Origin: Macrostomum hystrix
Lineage: Eukaryota > Animalia > Platyhelminthes
DNA length: 64,000 nucleotides
Assembly (NCBI GenBank): GCA_950097015.1
Contig: CATNEN010000039.1
Span: forward strand, 62,001 to 126,000
Direction: 5' to 3'
The notes under the pieces are model-generated. The model was not told where the DNA came from and did no database searches. It worked only from the letters and a program-made list of their open reading frames with translations. Positions 38,926 through 49,559 of the stretch are shown here, in pieces. Every line of letters starts with the position of its first letter. The stretch's first letter is position 1. The translations under genes were made by a program, and so were the position numbers.

Positions 38926-39110
38926 TTTTTTATTTGTGCTCGAGCGTTGAAAACTTCGACTGATTGGCACTGCATGCAAGCAAGCCAGCGACTAACTCGG
39001 CATGAGTCTTTTGACTTGTGCCATTTTAGTCCGCCCAGCTCGCACAGGCCGCAGTCGATGCACACCTCGAACACGTAGGATGGGCAGCGCGATTTGTTTT
39101 TTGCAGTCAT
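38874..39110 (-). CDS. Small Cys-rich ORF (CxxC...CxxC, possible zinc ribbon)
   Basis: ATG in GCCGCCATG context; CIDC and CMQC motifs. Confidence 0.35.
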   Translation of the reverse strand: MTAKNKSRCPSYVFEVCIDCGLCELGGLKWHKSKDSCRVSRWLACMQCQSVEVFNARAQIKNHRNHLVINWGAPSDNA

Positions 39111-39332
39111 GGCGGCTCCAGTAGGATAGTTTTAATCTCTGGCGACGCCACTGATTAATTCCAGGTGTAATATATAAATATCCAGGTAGCTGTTCTTCAG
39201 AAGAACATAGCACCAGTGTTTACTGTTTGGCTATGTTTGTGCAGATCGATTTTTTACTACGAAAATAGAAAATTTTTCTATTATAAGTTTATGGCTTGCT
39301 TACAAGCCATTCCACTTCACATGCATGCCGCC

Positions 39333-39377
<45 letters not shown>

Positions 39378-39774
39378 GGCCAATTACAGCAGGTGAGAAT
39401 AAAGTCATCCCCTGCCCACCAACCCCCAAAAAAGCACTGTACAAACCCCATTCCAGTGCGCCTGCACTCACATTTTCCCCGGCCGGCCTCTCCTCCTATC
39501 TCTGCAGAGTCAACAACCCCAATGCAAAGAGATAGACCGGCCTCTCCTCCTATCACTGCAGTGTTCCCTGTTTTCCCCAGACCAACAGTTGTTTTGTTGT
39601 TGTCTTCATATGAAAAAATAACACAGACCAGAGCAAAAGTGAAATTCCCATTGGAGGAGTGGAACTGAATAAACAATCGGTTTATCAGACTGCACTGACT
39701 GCCTCTCTCCCTCTCAGACAGATTTACCTGCGACAGAGTCCACTATGCAAACACATGGCGTTTGTTCACACACT

Positions 39775-39975
39775 AGGACCCCACGGAATTTCCGAGGACT
39801 TCCTTGCGGCAGAGTTTTGCTATGTAAAACATGGGCCTATGTACATGCACTGGGTCCCATGGAATTTCCGCGGATTTCCTTGCGGCAGAGTTCTGCTATG
39901 TGAAACATAGGCGCTATGTTCGCAAACTAGGGCCCCACGGAATTTCCGCGGAATTCCTTGCGGCAGAGTTCTGTT
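39775..39975. repeat. Three dispersed copies of CCACGGAATTTCCGCGGA.TTCCTTGCGGCAGAGTT
   Basis: Copies at about 39780, 39857 and 39935. Confidence 0.8.
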
Positions 39976-40151
39976 AACCCATACTACTAGCAGGATTGTT
40001 TGAACACAATGATTACAAAAGTTAGTCCATGCTCCGCATAAAAATAAACTAACCACAACTGCAGCCGCTTTTGCAGATCACACTGAAAAGTGGTATAATG
40101 ATTTAGCTCGTAGTATGCACAGCGAGATACAGCTTTTACCATTCAAAGGCT

Positions 40152-40520
40152 TCATGTGATTGGAAGGCAGTGTGATGTAAAGTCTTTGATTTGTAGACCC
40201 TGATAAAGCTGATAAAGTTTGAAGGTCTGGAACTGCTGTTGCTGCAGTTGCTGATTCTGCTGCAGTTGAACTTGTTGCTTGGTCATCAATCTAAATAGTC
40301 CGATCGGCGCCGGTTGTGGCAGCAAAGGTTGCCTTGCAGAGGCCCCGGGCCTTGGCAGCACAGGAGGAGCGCTAAGACGCTTTCCTAATGCAGGATTGCC
40401 GGTTGCGGCAGCAGGCTGTCATTTTTTATAGGCGCCGCATCCGCCACCGTATCGATACCCTTTCCTTTTGCGGTGCTTACTGGATTTCTTCGAAGACGGC
40501 GGCTTCTCTTTGCGCATCAT
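40152..40520 (-). pseudogene. Basic/Gln-rich orphan ORF interrupted by one TGA
   Basis: ORFs 40419-40667 and 40152-40361 are in the same frame, with only the TGA at 40419-40421 between them. Start context GTTGCCATGATG. Confidence 0.35.
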
Positions 40521-40840
40521 GGCAACGATGTTTTGGCCATATATTAAGACATAAATATATAAAAAGCAGGGCAGGAGTCGGTGGTCACTATGGACACTAT
40601 GGTGCGCACTATGGACCCACGGGGTACAAATCAAGGGGAGCGACCTGCGCACTCTGCCGGCCATCATGCAGGGGTCGGTCGCCCCGCAGCAGCAGAACCA
40701 GCAGCCGGTCGTGCTGGGTGAGGCGCAGCAGGAACACCAGCAGCCAGTCGACGTGCTGGGTGAGGCGCAGCGGCTTCAGGCGGCAATGGTCGTCGACCGC
40801 CTTGATCCAGCGCAGCTGCGTAATGTGACTGATATGTGAC

Positions 40841-41068
40841 TGCAAATATAATGGCTCTGCAAATATAATGGCTCTGCAAATATAATGGCTCTGCAAATAT
40901 AATGGCTCTGCAAATATAATGGCTCTGCAAATATAATGGCTCTGCAAATATAATGGCTCTGCAAATATAATGGCTCTGCAAATATAATGGCTCTGCAAAT
41001 ATAATGGCTCTGCAAATATAATGGCTCTGCAAATATAATGGCTCTGCAAATATAATGGCTCTGCAAAT
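40841..41068. repeat. 17-bp satellite array
   Basis: Tandem GCAAATATAATGGCTCT. Confidence 0.95.
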
Positions 41069-43399
41069 ACTTATCCTATGTTATTATTTTCCTTCCCTGC
41101 CACTTGTGTGTGAAGGAAGAAGACCGTGAGTCTTCTGTGTATATATATGCCTGTGTGTGAAAGAAGAAAAGAAAATATATGCCTGCCAGTGCTGCTGTTG
41201 TCGGCCAAGGCGGTTGGCTGCCAGGACCGCACAGGGCCGACCAGGTAGATTGAGCACACAGAACAAAAGAAAAACTAGCTTATTTAAAGTAACTGCAGCT
41301 AGTAGCTGCAGCTACTAGCAGCTAGTAAGCAGGGGATCGTAGCCGTCGTCCGGATAGCGACCGGGACGTCGGGCGAGACCCCAGGGGCCAGCCCGCCGCC
41401 CGGTAGCCCCTGGGGTCTCACACACACTGACTATTGCGGTGGCAACTTGGACATAATATTTCAGTATAACACTACTAATTATATATAAACATATGAGAGG
41501 TCAGTGTGTGTGAGACCCCAGGGGCTACCGGGCGGCGGGCTGGCTATGACTGTGCTGGCTGTGCTGCTGTTCTGCTGTGCTGCTGTTCTGCTGTGCTGCT
41601 GTTCTGCTGTGCTGCTGTTCTGCTGTGCTGCTGTGCTGCTGTTCTGCTGTGCTGCTGTTGTCGGCCAAGGCGGTTGGCTGCCAGGACCGCACAGGGCCGA
41701 CCAGGTAGATTGAGCACACAGAACAAAAGAAAAACTAGCTTATTTAAAGTAACTGCAGCTAGTAACACTGAGCGGTTTGAGTAAAAACGCAAAAAACTGG
41801 CACAGATACATAAAAAATAATGCAAATGGGAAAATGCAACACACAGCTAATAAACGCACTTATTTTTGTAGACGTCGGGCTCACCAATAAGGCGGAAGGC
41901 CTTTGTTTTTTGTTTACGAAGTTGGAGTGGCAGCGAAGTTAGTGTGCTGCATGGCACGTATATTTATATTTGCAGCAAGCGCGCGAGCGAGATAGAGGGG
42001 CCTAGGGAGGTGCGAAATGGTGGCGTGACTTCTCACACCCGGCTTAGCGAGCCGGCTGGCTGGGTGCACCAACCCCCACCTCAACTAGACTGAGGTTGAG
42101 GGGTTTGGGTGCGGCTGCACTGTTGCTGGCCGGTCGCGTGTTGACTGTCCGCCACAATATAGATATAAAAAGAGGACATTTATTCGTTGTCATAAGAGAT
42201 GATTTGCTATATAAAAAGTATGCCAAAATTAGAGAAATATTGTACTCTAGCACATTCTATCTCGATTAGAAAAAGTCAATTCTTTAGAAAAGAGCTTTTT
42301 ACAGCAAAAATTTGCCCAGAATGAGGCCCAGAATAATAGCTAGTGTTGTACCTGTGGTAGCGTGGCACACACAATTGGCAAATAACCAAGACAGGACACT
42401 GGATTCCGAGAGGAGATTTTACCGGCCTCAACACTGATTGCTTCGTAGCAGTGGAGCAACCCGGTAGTCAGGCTAGATTACCTAATTTCCTCGGTCCTTA
42501 TTTAGGCTCTAGTAGTATTTTCTACTACTTAGATTCCCTGCTTCTGAAGCCTGGCGATGTGCAATGCTTCTAAATGCTACACACGGCCTTGCTTCACAAT
42601 AATGTTTAGCAGATACACAGATTGCAAAAGACCACAATCGATGTGAAACGCAAACGATGCAAAACGCATGAAGACTGGAGACAAGAAAGTGCCATATTCA
42701 TACAGAAGTTGTGCTACCATGGCACTAACACGATCTCAAGGATTCGTCGGACTGTGCTCTACTTATAGTAGGAGCATTTGAGCGTTGTTATGCCAGTCTT
42801 CTTCCGAACTTAAGCGATTGCACCATGGTGTGCAATGTGACTCAGTGCGCAGACAGAGCTGGAAAGAGAGAGAGAGAGCGGAGGGGGTGGCGAGCGGAGG
42901 TGACAGTGCACGGGAAACACTAACTACCAACCCCTAGCCCTCCCACAGACCTAGAACAGCCTGACTCACAGATTGCCTGGAGGCTGCTCAGCAGTCTACA
43001 GCACATCATTCTCCTCCAGCTAAAGGATGACGGTCAACACCGGCTGGCCGTCAGCCGCACTTAAACCAAAAACAGGTAAGCACTTTCCTTTTTATTTCCT
43101 TCGTTTTCTCTTTTCTTTCCAAACACCAAATTACCAACTTCCTTTTTTTTAAAAAACACACTGACAATATGATCATGGCGCGACCAAAAATGGCAAACAA
43201 CAAAAAAGAGTACTAACTGGATAAGTGGACACGCAACAAGAACAGTTCATACAAAAAAAACAATCAACAACACAAAAAACAAACTCGAGGGGTCTAGCAT
43301 TACGGCATGAGTCAACGGACACGGTGCATTCAGATTGGGGCCATCCGCATCAACGACTCTGGCAACCACCATCCTTCTACAAGTTCCACTACAGCCTGC

Positions 43400-44260
43400 C
43401 CGTACCGGGCCATCAGATCCCGTGGTGTCGCTGCCATTCCGCCGACCTGTAAAACCCTCCGTCTTGCCCTTCACTCTGTAGGTTACTCCTACTCCTTCTT
43501 CAAGAACATTAAACACTCAGTTCTTGCCCAACTGGGCTGGCCACAGAACATTCCTCGCCCAATCTTGATACCCAAGGGCTTCCACCCATGTGGCTCAGCC
43601 CGCTGCAAAACTTGCCCCCATTCCACTCCCACCACTTCCTTCCGGGGTCTAACCCCAGCCTCTTCTTTCCTCATTACTCAAACCCTAAACTGTAGCTCCT
43701 CACACATCATCTATGGCATATCCTGCCTCCTATGCTCTCCTGGCTCCATCTTATACGTTGGCTGCTCCACTAACTCCCTGAGAACTCGTCTCACCGGGCA
43801 CCGCTCCGACACCAACCTCAAAAGAGACAAGCCGGTTGCCAATCACTTCAACCTACCCGGCCATTCACTTGACCACCTCCATGTCATAGCCATAGAAAAA
43901 CTGAATTCTTCCACTCCACTCCAACCCAGGGAAGCCACATGGATCAGGAAACTAGGCACTCTCTCTCCAAGGGGAATCAACGTCCAATCTATCTCCAATG
44001 CTCCCCGTCCTATCCCCTTCGTCTTAGACAACCACCCTGCTCTAACCTCTCTCTTCCGCCGCTCAAAGGACTCCCTTGATGCTCTCTCTCTACCTTTCTC
44101 TCCCTTCCTCGCCACTAGAGGGGGCCGCAACCTCCAGGGCCTGATCGCCCCGACTAGACTCCGTACTCCACTCCCCTCTATCCCGGAATACGACCCTATC
44201 GCTAACCCTAACCCTTACCCCAATCTATAGTTACAACAAGGGGTGAGGGTTAGAGGACAC
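43400..44260 (+). mobile_element. Penelope-like element 3' fragment: RT thumb remnant, Cys knuckle, GIY-YIG endonuclease with CCHH
   Basis: LRLALHSVGYS; GFHPCGSARCKTC; CSSSHIIYGISCLLC..LYVG..LRTRLTGHRSD..PVANHFN..GH; REATWIRKLGTLSPRGIN. Confidence 0.88.
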
Positions 44261-44279
44261 CCTCGCTCAAACGGGATGG

Positions 44280-44345
44280 AATATGCCATAATTTCTCTTT
44301 TCCAGCATGCCTTCTTCAACTGTGTTTTGCTTATACTGCTTATAT
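44280..44345 (+). repeat. About 60-bp direct repeat, second copy at about 45738-45800
   Basis: ATATGCCATAATTTCTCTTTTCCA.CATGCCTTCTTCAACTGTGTTTTGCTTATA at both sites. Confidence 0.85.
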
Positions 44346-44893
44346 ATTGCTTATATTGCTTGTATTGCTATGTGGTATCATAGGAAATTATATTTATATT
44401 TAGTAACAAACGTCGGTCACATGACGTGTATATCCATATGTTGCCTTCCTTTACGCCTTTATTTCTACCTGACAATATAGTAGCTTACAACCGGTACGCA
44501 GCTGTCCTTTGTTCCAATAATCGTGCACCTCCTTCGCATTAATTTCAGTCCACCCATCAGAATTACGAGATCAGAATGCCGGGCCAGCTACCATGCCCCA
44601 CATGCAAGTCACGTGACTATTTCGTCTTCTCCGACTATTGTTTTTTTTTGTCGCTCCTCTCACTGCGATGACTGTGAGAATGCCATTCACGCAGCCCATG
44701 CCGAGCAGCAACGGCTAGTTAAATCGCGCGCATCCAACAACTGGGACGACCAATGGAATGACGATTCCGCTCAGCAGGCCGAAGGCACCCTCGGCGCGAC
44801 GGGTCATGTCGAGCCAACCGGCTCGGCAGACTGTCGCGCTACAGGGCCACGTCGGCGGCCGACGTCTACGGTGGCCGACGTCGATGACAGACG

Positions 44894-45499
44894 TTGGCCA
44901 GCGGAGCAATTGGCCAGCACAGTCTCCGTGGCTCCTGTGCCGAGACGACCGGCTCTGGCATTTGCGATGGGTGCAGAGAACTATACGTACAAGGAAAAAA
45001 CTGGCCATACTGCTGGCGTACAGATCTGCAGCCGTGGATGACTTCTGCTTCTGACAGACTACGGCAGTATGAGTCACAGCAAGCCATACTATTTTCGGAC
45101 AGCATGGGCAATGCCATCTCGACACTAGATTGCATCTTCATGTATCTGTGGTACCGGGATTGCGAAACAACGTGCTGGACTAATGCAGTCCGCACGTTGT
45201 ACTCGCACCTCAGAGACAGCGGGATCGTAGACGCGCCGGCTGGCGCGAAGACCGAGTTGTCGATCGACGTCCAAGCCATCTTCGACAGAGCAGTGAGCAA
45301 CGTTAATGAGCACGCCGCATCCGCCGGTGTCACGCCACCGGTGCAAAATCGGGTCAAGGTACTTAAAAAGTCCAGGCGACGTGGTCGAGCTGCCCATGAG
45401 TACCGTCTGGTGTACTTAGGGCATAAATCCAATGTCCTATACACGACCCTGGCCGTCGCCATTGTAGGGACGTGGGCGGCCTATGCGCGGTTTAAGTAG
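44894..45499 (+). CDS. Hypothetical protein, no recognised motif
   Basis: 201-aa ORF in GC-rich sequence between the direct repeats; the true reading frame is uncertain. Confidence 0.25.
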   Translation: MASGAIGQHSLRGSCAETTGSGICDGCRELYVQGKNWPYCWRTDLQPWMTSASDRLRQYESQQAILFSDSMGNAISTLDCIFMYLWYRDCETTCWTNAVRTLYSHLRDSGIVDAPAGAKTELSIDVQAIFDRAVSNVNEHAASAGVTPPVQNRVKVLKKSRRRGRAAHEYRLVYLGHKSNVLYTTLAVAIVGTWAAYARFK

Positions 45500-45789
45500 T
45501 CAATGTAGGCCACGTTAGTAATTCTGGAACGTGTAGTTAGCCGCAGCTTCAATCACTAGTAGTTTCTGCCCACTGCACCACAATTAAGAGTGTATGTCAG
45601 AATATAGTGTATATTGCATATGATTAGATTCCGCTTGAACCGTGCAAAGGCCACCACGTTTTAGAAAGGGCAATTTCTCACGTTTCTGTACCATGCCAAT
45701 GAAATCGAGCCGACTGGCTCGATTTCAAAGGGGACGTGATATGCCATAATTTCTCTTTTCCACCATGCCTTCTTCAACTGTGTTTTGCT

Positions 45790-46200
45790 TATATTGCTTA
45801 TATTGCTTATGCATTGCTTAAATTGCTTATGTATTGCTTATTGGTGCTTATATTGCTTATGTATTGCTTATTGGTGCTTATATTGCTTATGTATTGCTTA
45901 TTGGTGCTTATATTGCTTATGTATTGCTTATTGGTGCTTATATTGCTTATGTATTGCTTATTGGTGCTTATATTGCTTATGTATTGCTTATTGGTGCTTA
46001 AATTGCTTATGTATTGCTTATTGGTGCTTATATTGCTTATGTATTGCTTATTGGTGCTTATATTGCTTACTGGTGCTTATATTGCTTATTTTGCTGATAT
46101 TGCTCATACTCCTTACATTGCTTATATTCCTTATATTGCTTATGTATTGCTTATTCGTGCTTGTATTGCTTACATTGTTTATATATTGCTTATACTGCTT
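45790..46200. repeat. 30-bp minisatellite TTGGTGCTTATATTGCTTATGTATTGCTTA with degenerate flanks
   Basis: Exact period 30 in 45841-46050. Confidence 0.93.
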
Positions 46201-46425
46201 ATATACATATATATACAGCACTTGTGCAGTATACAGGCCAATCAGGTCAATCCTTCATTCGCTAATCAAGTTTGTCAAGCTTCTCTACTTACTAGTAACG
46301 TAATAGTAATAAATTGTTAACAATTTCCCAGTGCACAGCCCAGCAGCATGGTATTCTCCAAGCTCAGATGTATGTCCGACAAACTTGCATGTGGATAACA
46401 GACGACATCTACTTGCTTTTCAGAC

Positions 46426-47597
46426 ATGTCGAACGACCTAAGCCCTAGAGGAGTTAACTTCTCCGCCATCATGGATGACCTCCTTCGAGACGTGGCGCGA
46501 ACTATGTCGCCGACTCTTGTCGACCTGATCGGTTTCCGGTTCTCAGCTGATTGGGCAGAGTCACAGGATCCTATTTCTGACGCGAACGACGCCAATGACG
46601 ATCAGCCCGCGGCCCGAGCCTGCCAGCTTCGCTACAACGCCGAGACGCAGCTTGGTTCGCCGTCTCTGTTTGACGACATTGAGCCGGCTGGCTCGACTGC
46701 GAACGACGCCAATGACGATCAGCTTCGCTACAACGCCGAGACGCAGCTCAGTTCGCCGTCTCTGTTTGACGACATTGAGCCACTGGCTCGACTGCGAACG
46801 ACGCCAATGACGATCAGCTTCGCTACAACGCCGAGACGCAGCTGGGTTCGCCGTCTCTGTTTGACGACATTGAGCCGGCTGGCTCGACTGCGAACGACGC
46901 CAATGACGATCAGCTTCGCTACAACGCCGAGACGCAGCTCAGTTCGCCGTCTCTGTTTGACGACATTGAGCCGGCTGGCTCGACTGCGAACGACGCCAAT
47001 GACGATCAGCTTCGCTACAACGCCGAGACGCAGCTGGGTTCGCCGTCTCTGTTTGACGACATTGAGCCGGCTGGCTCGACTGCGAACGACGCCAATGACG
47101 ATCAGCTTCTCTACAACGCCGAGATGCAGCTGGGTTCGCCGTCTCTGTTTGACGACATTGAGCCGGCTGGCTCGACTGCGAACGACGCCAATGACGATCA
47201 GCCCGCGGCGCGAGACTACGAGCCGGCTGAGAACTTAAACAAACTGCGCGCGGAGTATAACCGCCTGCCTGACCCGCCGAATCAAAAGAATTACGCTTGC
47301 GTACGCGTTGTTCGAAAACGGGCGGATCGTCAGGAGCTGGACCCGCACTGCTGCCCCGAGTGTGAGGCATGGTTTTCGAATTTGTCGCCTCGTACAAAGC
47401 AGAGACGGCTGCAAGAGCACGGGCGGCACCGCAGTAACCAGCCTCACCAGAAGCGCGACCCTAACTTTTTAAAAATTGAAATGCCTGACACTCAGCCAGA
47501 AGCGTCCTTTGAGGCCATGAGGTTAGGCAAGAGGCGCATGCGTCCACTGACGGGTGCTAGCGCCGGGCCGTCTAACACACGGGATAAGAAGCTGTAG
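46426..47597 (+). pseudogene. CtIP/Sae2 (RBBP8-like) C-terminal domain protein with six 32-aa repeats; one 1-nt frameshift at about 46782
   Basis: VVRKRADRQEL..CCPECEAWF..GRHR..PNFLKIEMPDTQ matches the CtIP pattern VVRK..CxxC..RHR..NFW..FPSTQ. Repeat starts at 46582, 46699, 46794, 46890, 46986, 47082 and 47178; the single 95-bp unit marks the indel. Acceptor-like TTTTCAG lies just before the ATG. Confidence 0.78.
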
Positions 47598-47700
47598 GCA
47601 GCATAGGCTGTACGTCACTGTTAAATAATTGACAATATTGTACTGTAACTACTCTACTAGATCTAGATCTATTTCTAGAAATACTTCTAGTCGAGCCTGA

Positions 47701-49265
47701 CCTGATACTGACGATACTGGCCTAACAACTGCAGCTGCTGACGTCCAGGAAAATCATGCTGAGCTGAATGGCGCCGGCAGAGATGAGCCCACGACGCTCC
47801 CTAAAGGAAAGGCCACTTCAACGGAGCTAATCGACTCCGATATGAGCACGGCCGTGTCCGCGGAGCCGACCGGCTCTACTACGAAACGGAAAGCCGAAGC
47901 CAATGCCGAATCTCTATCTGACTCATCGAGCGAGCCAGACCTAGAGTCGAGAAAGGAGATGCGGCATCGCAATAGGGCCGGTGGACCACCAAAGGCTAAG
48001 GCGCCCCGTGTCATGGTCATCCACAAAGCTATTTGGTGGGTGCTCACGTACACTAACACCGGAAAAGTTATGGCCATCGACCAAAAGTGCATCGTCGACC
48101 CGGACCCCGTAACACGAACAGTCGGCGTTAAAGTACAAGTACGGACTGGCCATAGCCCGAGCTCAAAAACTTTCGACGGTTTCCTGACGGCCGGGCCTTT
48201 TCCAGACAGGAAGTCCGCTTACGCTGCCCGGGACAACCTGGCCAAATCGGCAACTTTAATGGGGTCGGGCTCTGCAGGCGCCTATAGGCGCGTGCAACCC
48301 GTTATAAATCACCCTGATGCCGGATACCCGCGCTGCCGGAACCTCGACATCGAATGTCGTGACCTACGTGAGGCTAATCGAGAAGAGGCGGACAAGCCGG
48401 GGTTGCTGAAACTGATGCAGCCAACCTGAAGAATGAAGTTTCGGCCCTTCGGTCTGAGAATGAGCAGCTGAAGCAGGAACTGGCACAGAAAGCTGACCTG
48501 CTGGAAAAGTATGACACCCGACTTGCAGGTTCCATGCATGCCAATTCTAAGATTCTTACGACGTTACAGTTCGTCACGGCGCAGGCTCAGTCGGCCAACG
48601 AGGTGGCCCGTAGAGCTTCCGAATCATTCAACCACCTCGAAAGTCTGGTGCGCTCCATAAGCGACTTTGACACGTTGGTTGCTGGTTCGAGTACTGCACC
48701 CGGAGAGTCGTCATCAGCTGCTGCCGATGCCGAGCCAAGTGGCTCGACGTCATCGCGGCTTGATAGTGGATTTGTGAGCCATGCCATTGCGACGGCTATC
48801 GCTAATATATCGACCTCCATGATGGACAACCAGTCGTCGAAACGTGTGCCGCTTATACCTGCATTTCCCGGTGTCACGGTTTGTCCGTTGGCCCTGACAA
48901 AATTGGACGCCGCAGCAGTTGAAATGCGAAAAGCCCCGAACAATAAAAAGATTCGCAGACGAGCCATTCGGCTAGTCATACTTGCTGCGTGCCCTGAGCA
49001 AGACCTGCGAACCGCATCTTGGGCTGGTCGACAGGTGAAAGGAGAGAAAGCGGCCAACCGGGTTGAGCTGGATAGCTCTAAGAAGGCGGCCATACGGTCC
49101 TACCTGGCCAGTAAACTTGTCTCAGAGGAGGACAAAAAACTATTAACAGACGCCGAACTCGGCGAGGTCTTCCGCCGTACAGCCAGGACCGTACGGGATC
49201 GGGAGAGTTCGTCTGTGAAAAGTGGCGCCTGCGCGGAAAATGAAGAAGGGGAGGAAAGCGAGTAG
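47701..49265 (+). pseudogene. Beta-barrel-like N-domain + coiled coil + probable BEN domain protein (transposon accessory type); frameshift at about 48385-48400
   Basis: Coiled coil NLKNEVSALRSENEQLKQELAQK is in frame with ORF 48534-49265. The C-terminus AIRLVI..PEQDLRTASWAG..RVELDSSKKAAIRSYL fits the BEN pattern (EL..S..G...LD..K..AI). Confidence 0.6.
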
Positions 49266-49559
49266 TTTTTTATAGAGACTAGACCTCGATTGTGGTGACA
49301 ATTTTTCACCTTGACAAATGACACTGAGTCTACTGTATGAAGTGCATTTTATGTGCCTACTATGATTTGCTATTCGTGCCACCATGAAAAAGTACTCGTA
49401 TTCTATTTTAAGCTTAACATCTCTTTGTTTTTACCAGATCCAATGAAGTATATTCTAGGTTTTTATAAAAAAAATAATCTTACTACGGCTCATCGGTCTG
49501 ACTTGGAAATCTGATGCTTATTTTGCTTCTATTTCTTTACTTATTTTCTTTTGTTCGTT

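Noticed and set aside
14676-41066. ORFs made of AEPLYLQSHYICRAIIF, RESPQNLFNISQAGIP, YACLCVKEEDRESS or CCAAVLL
   Set aside because: Translations of stop-free satellite frames.
42070-42112. Imperfect hairpin GCACCAACCCCCACCTCA...TGAGGTTGAGGGGTTTGGGTGC as an ncRNA
   Set aside because: Single copy, bulged, and no family features.
44200-44222. True telomere or chromosome end
   Set aside because: Only about 3 degenerate TAACCC units, internal and within the PLE ORF end.
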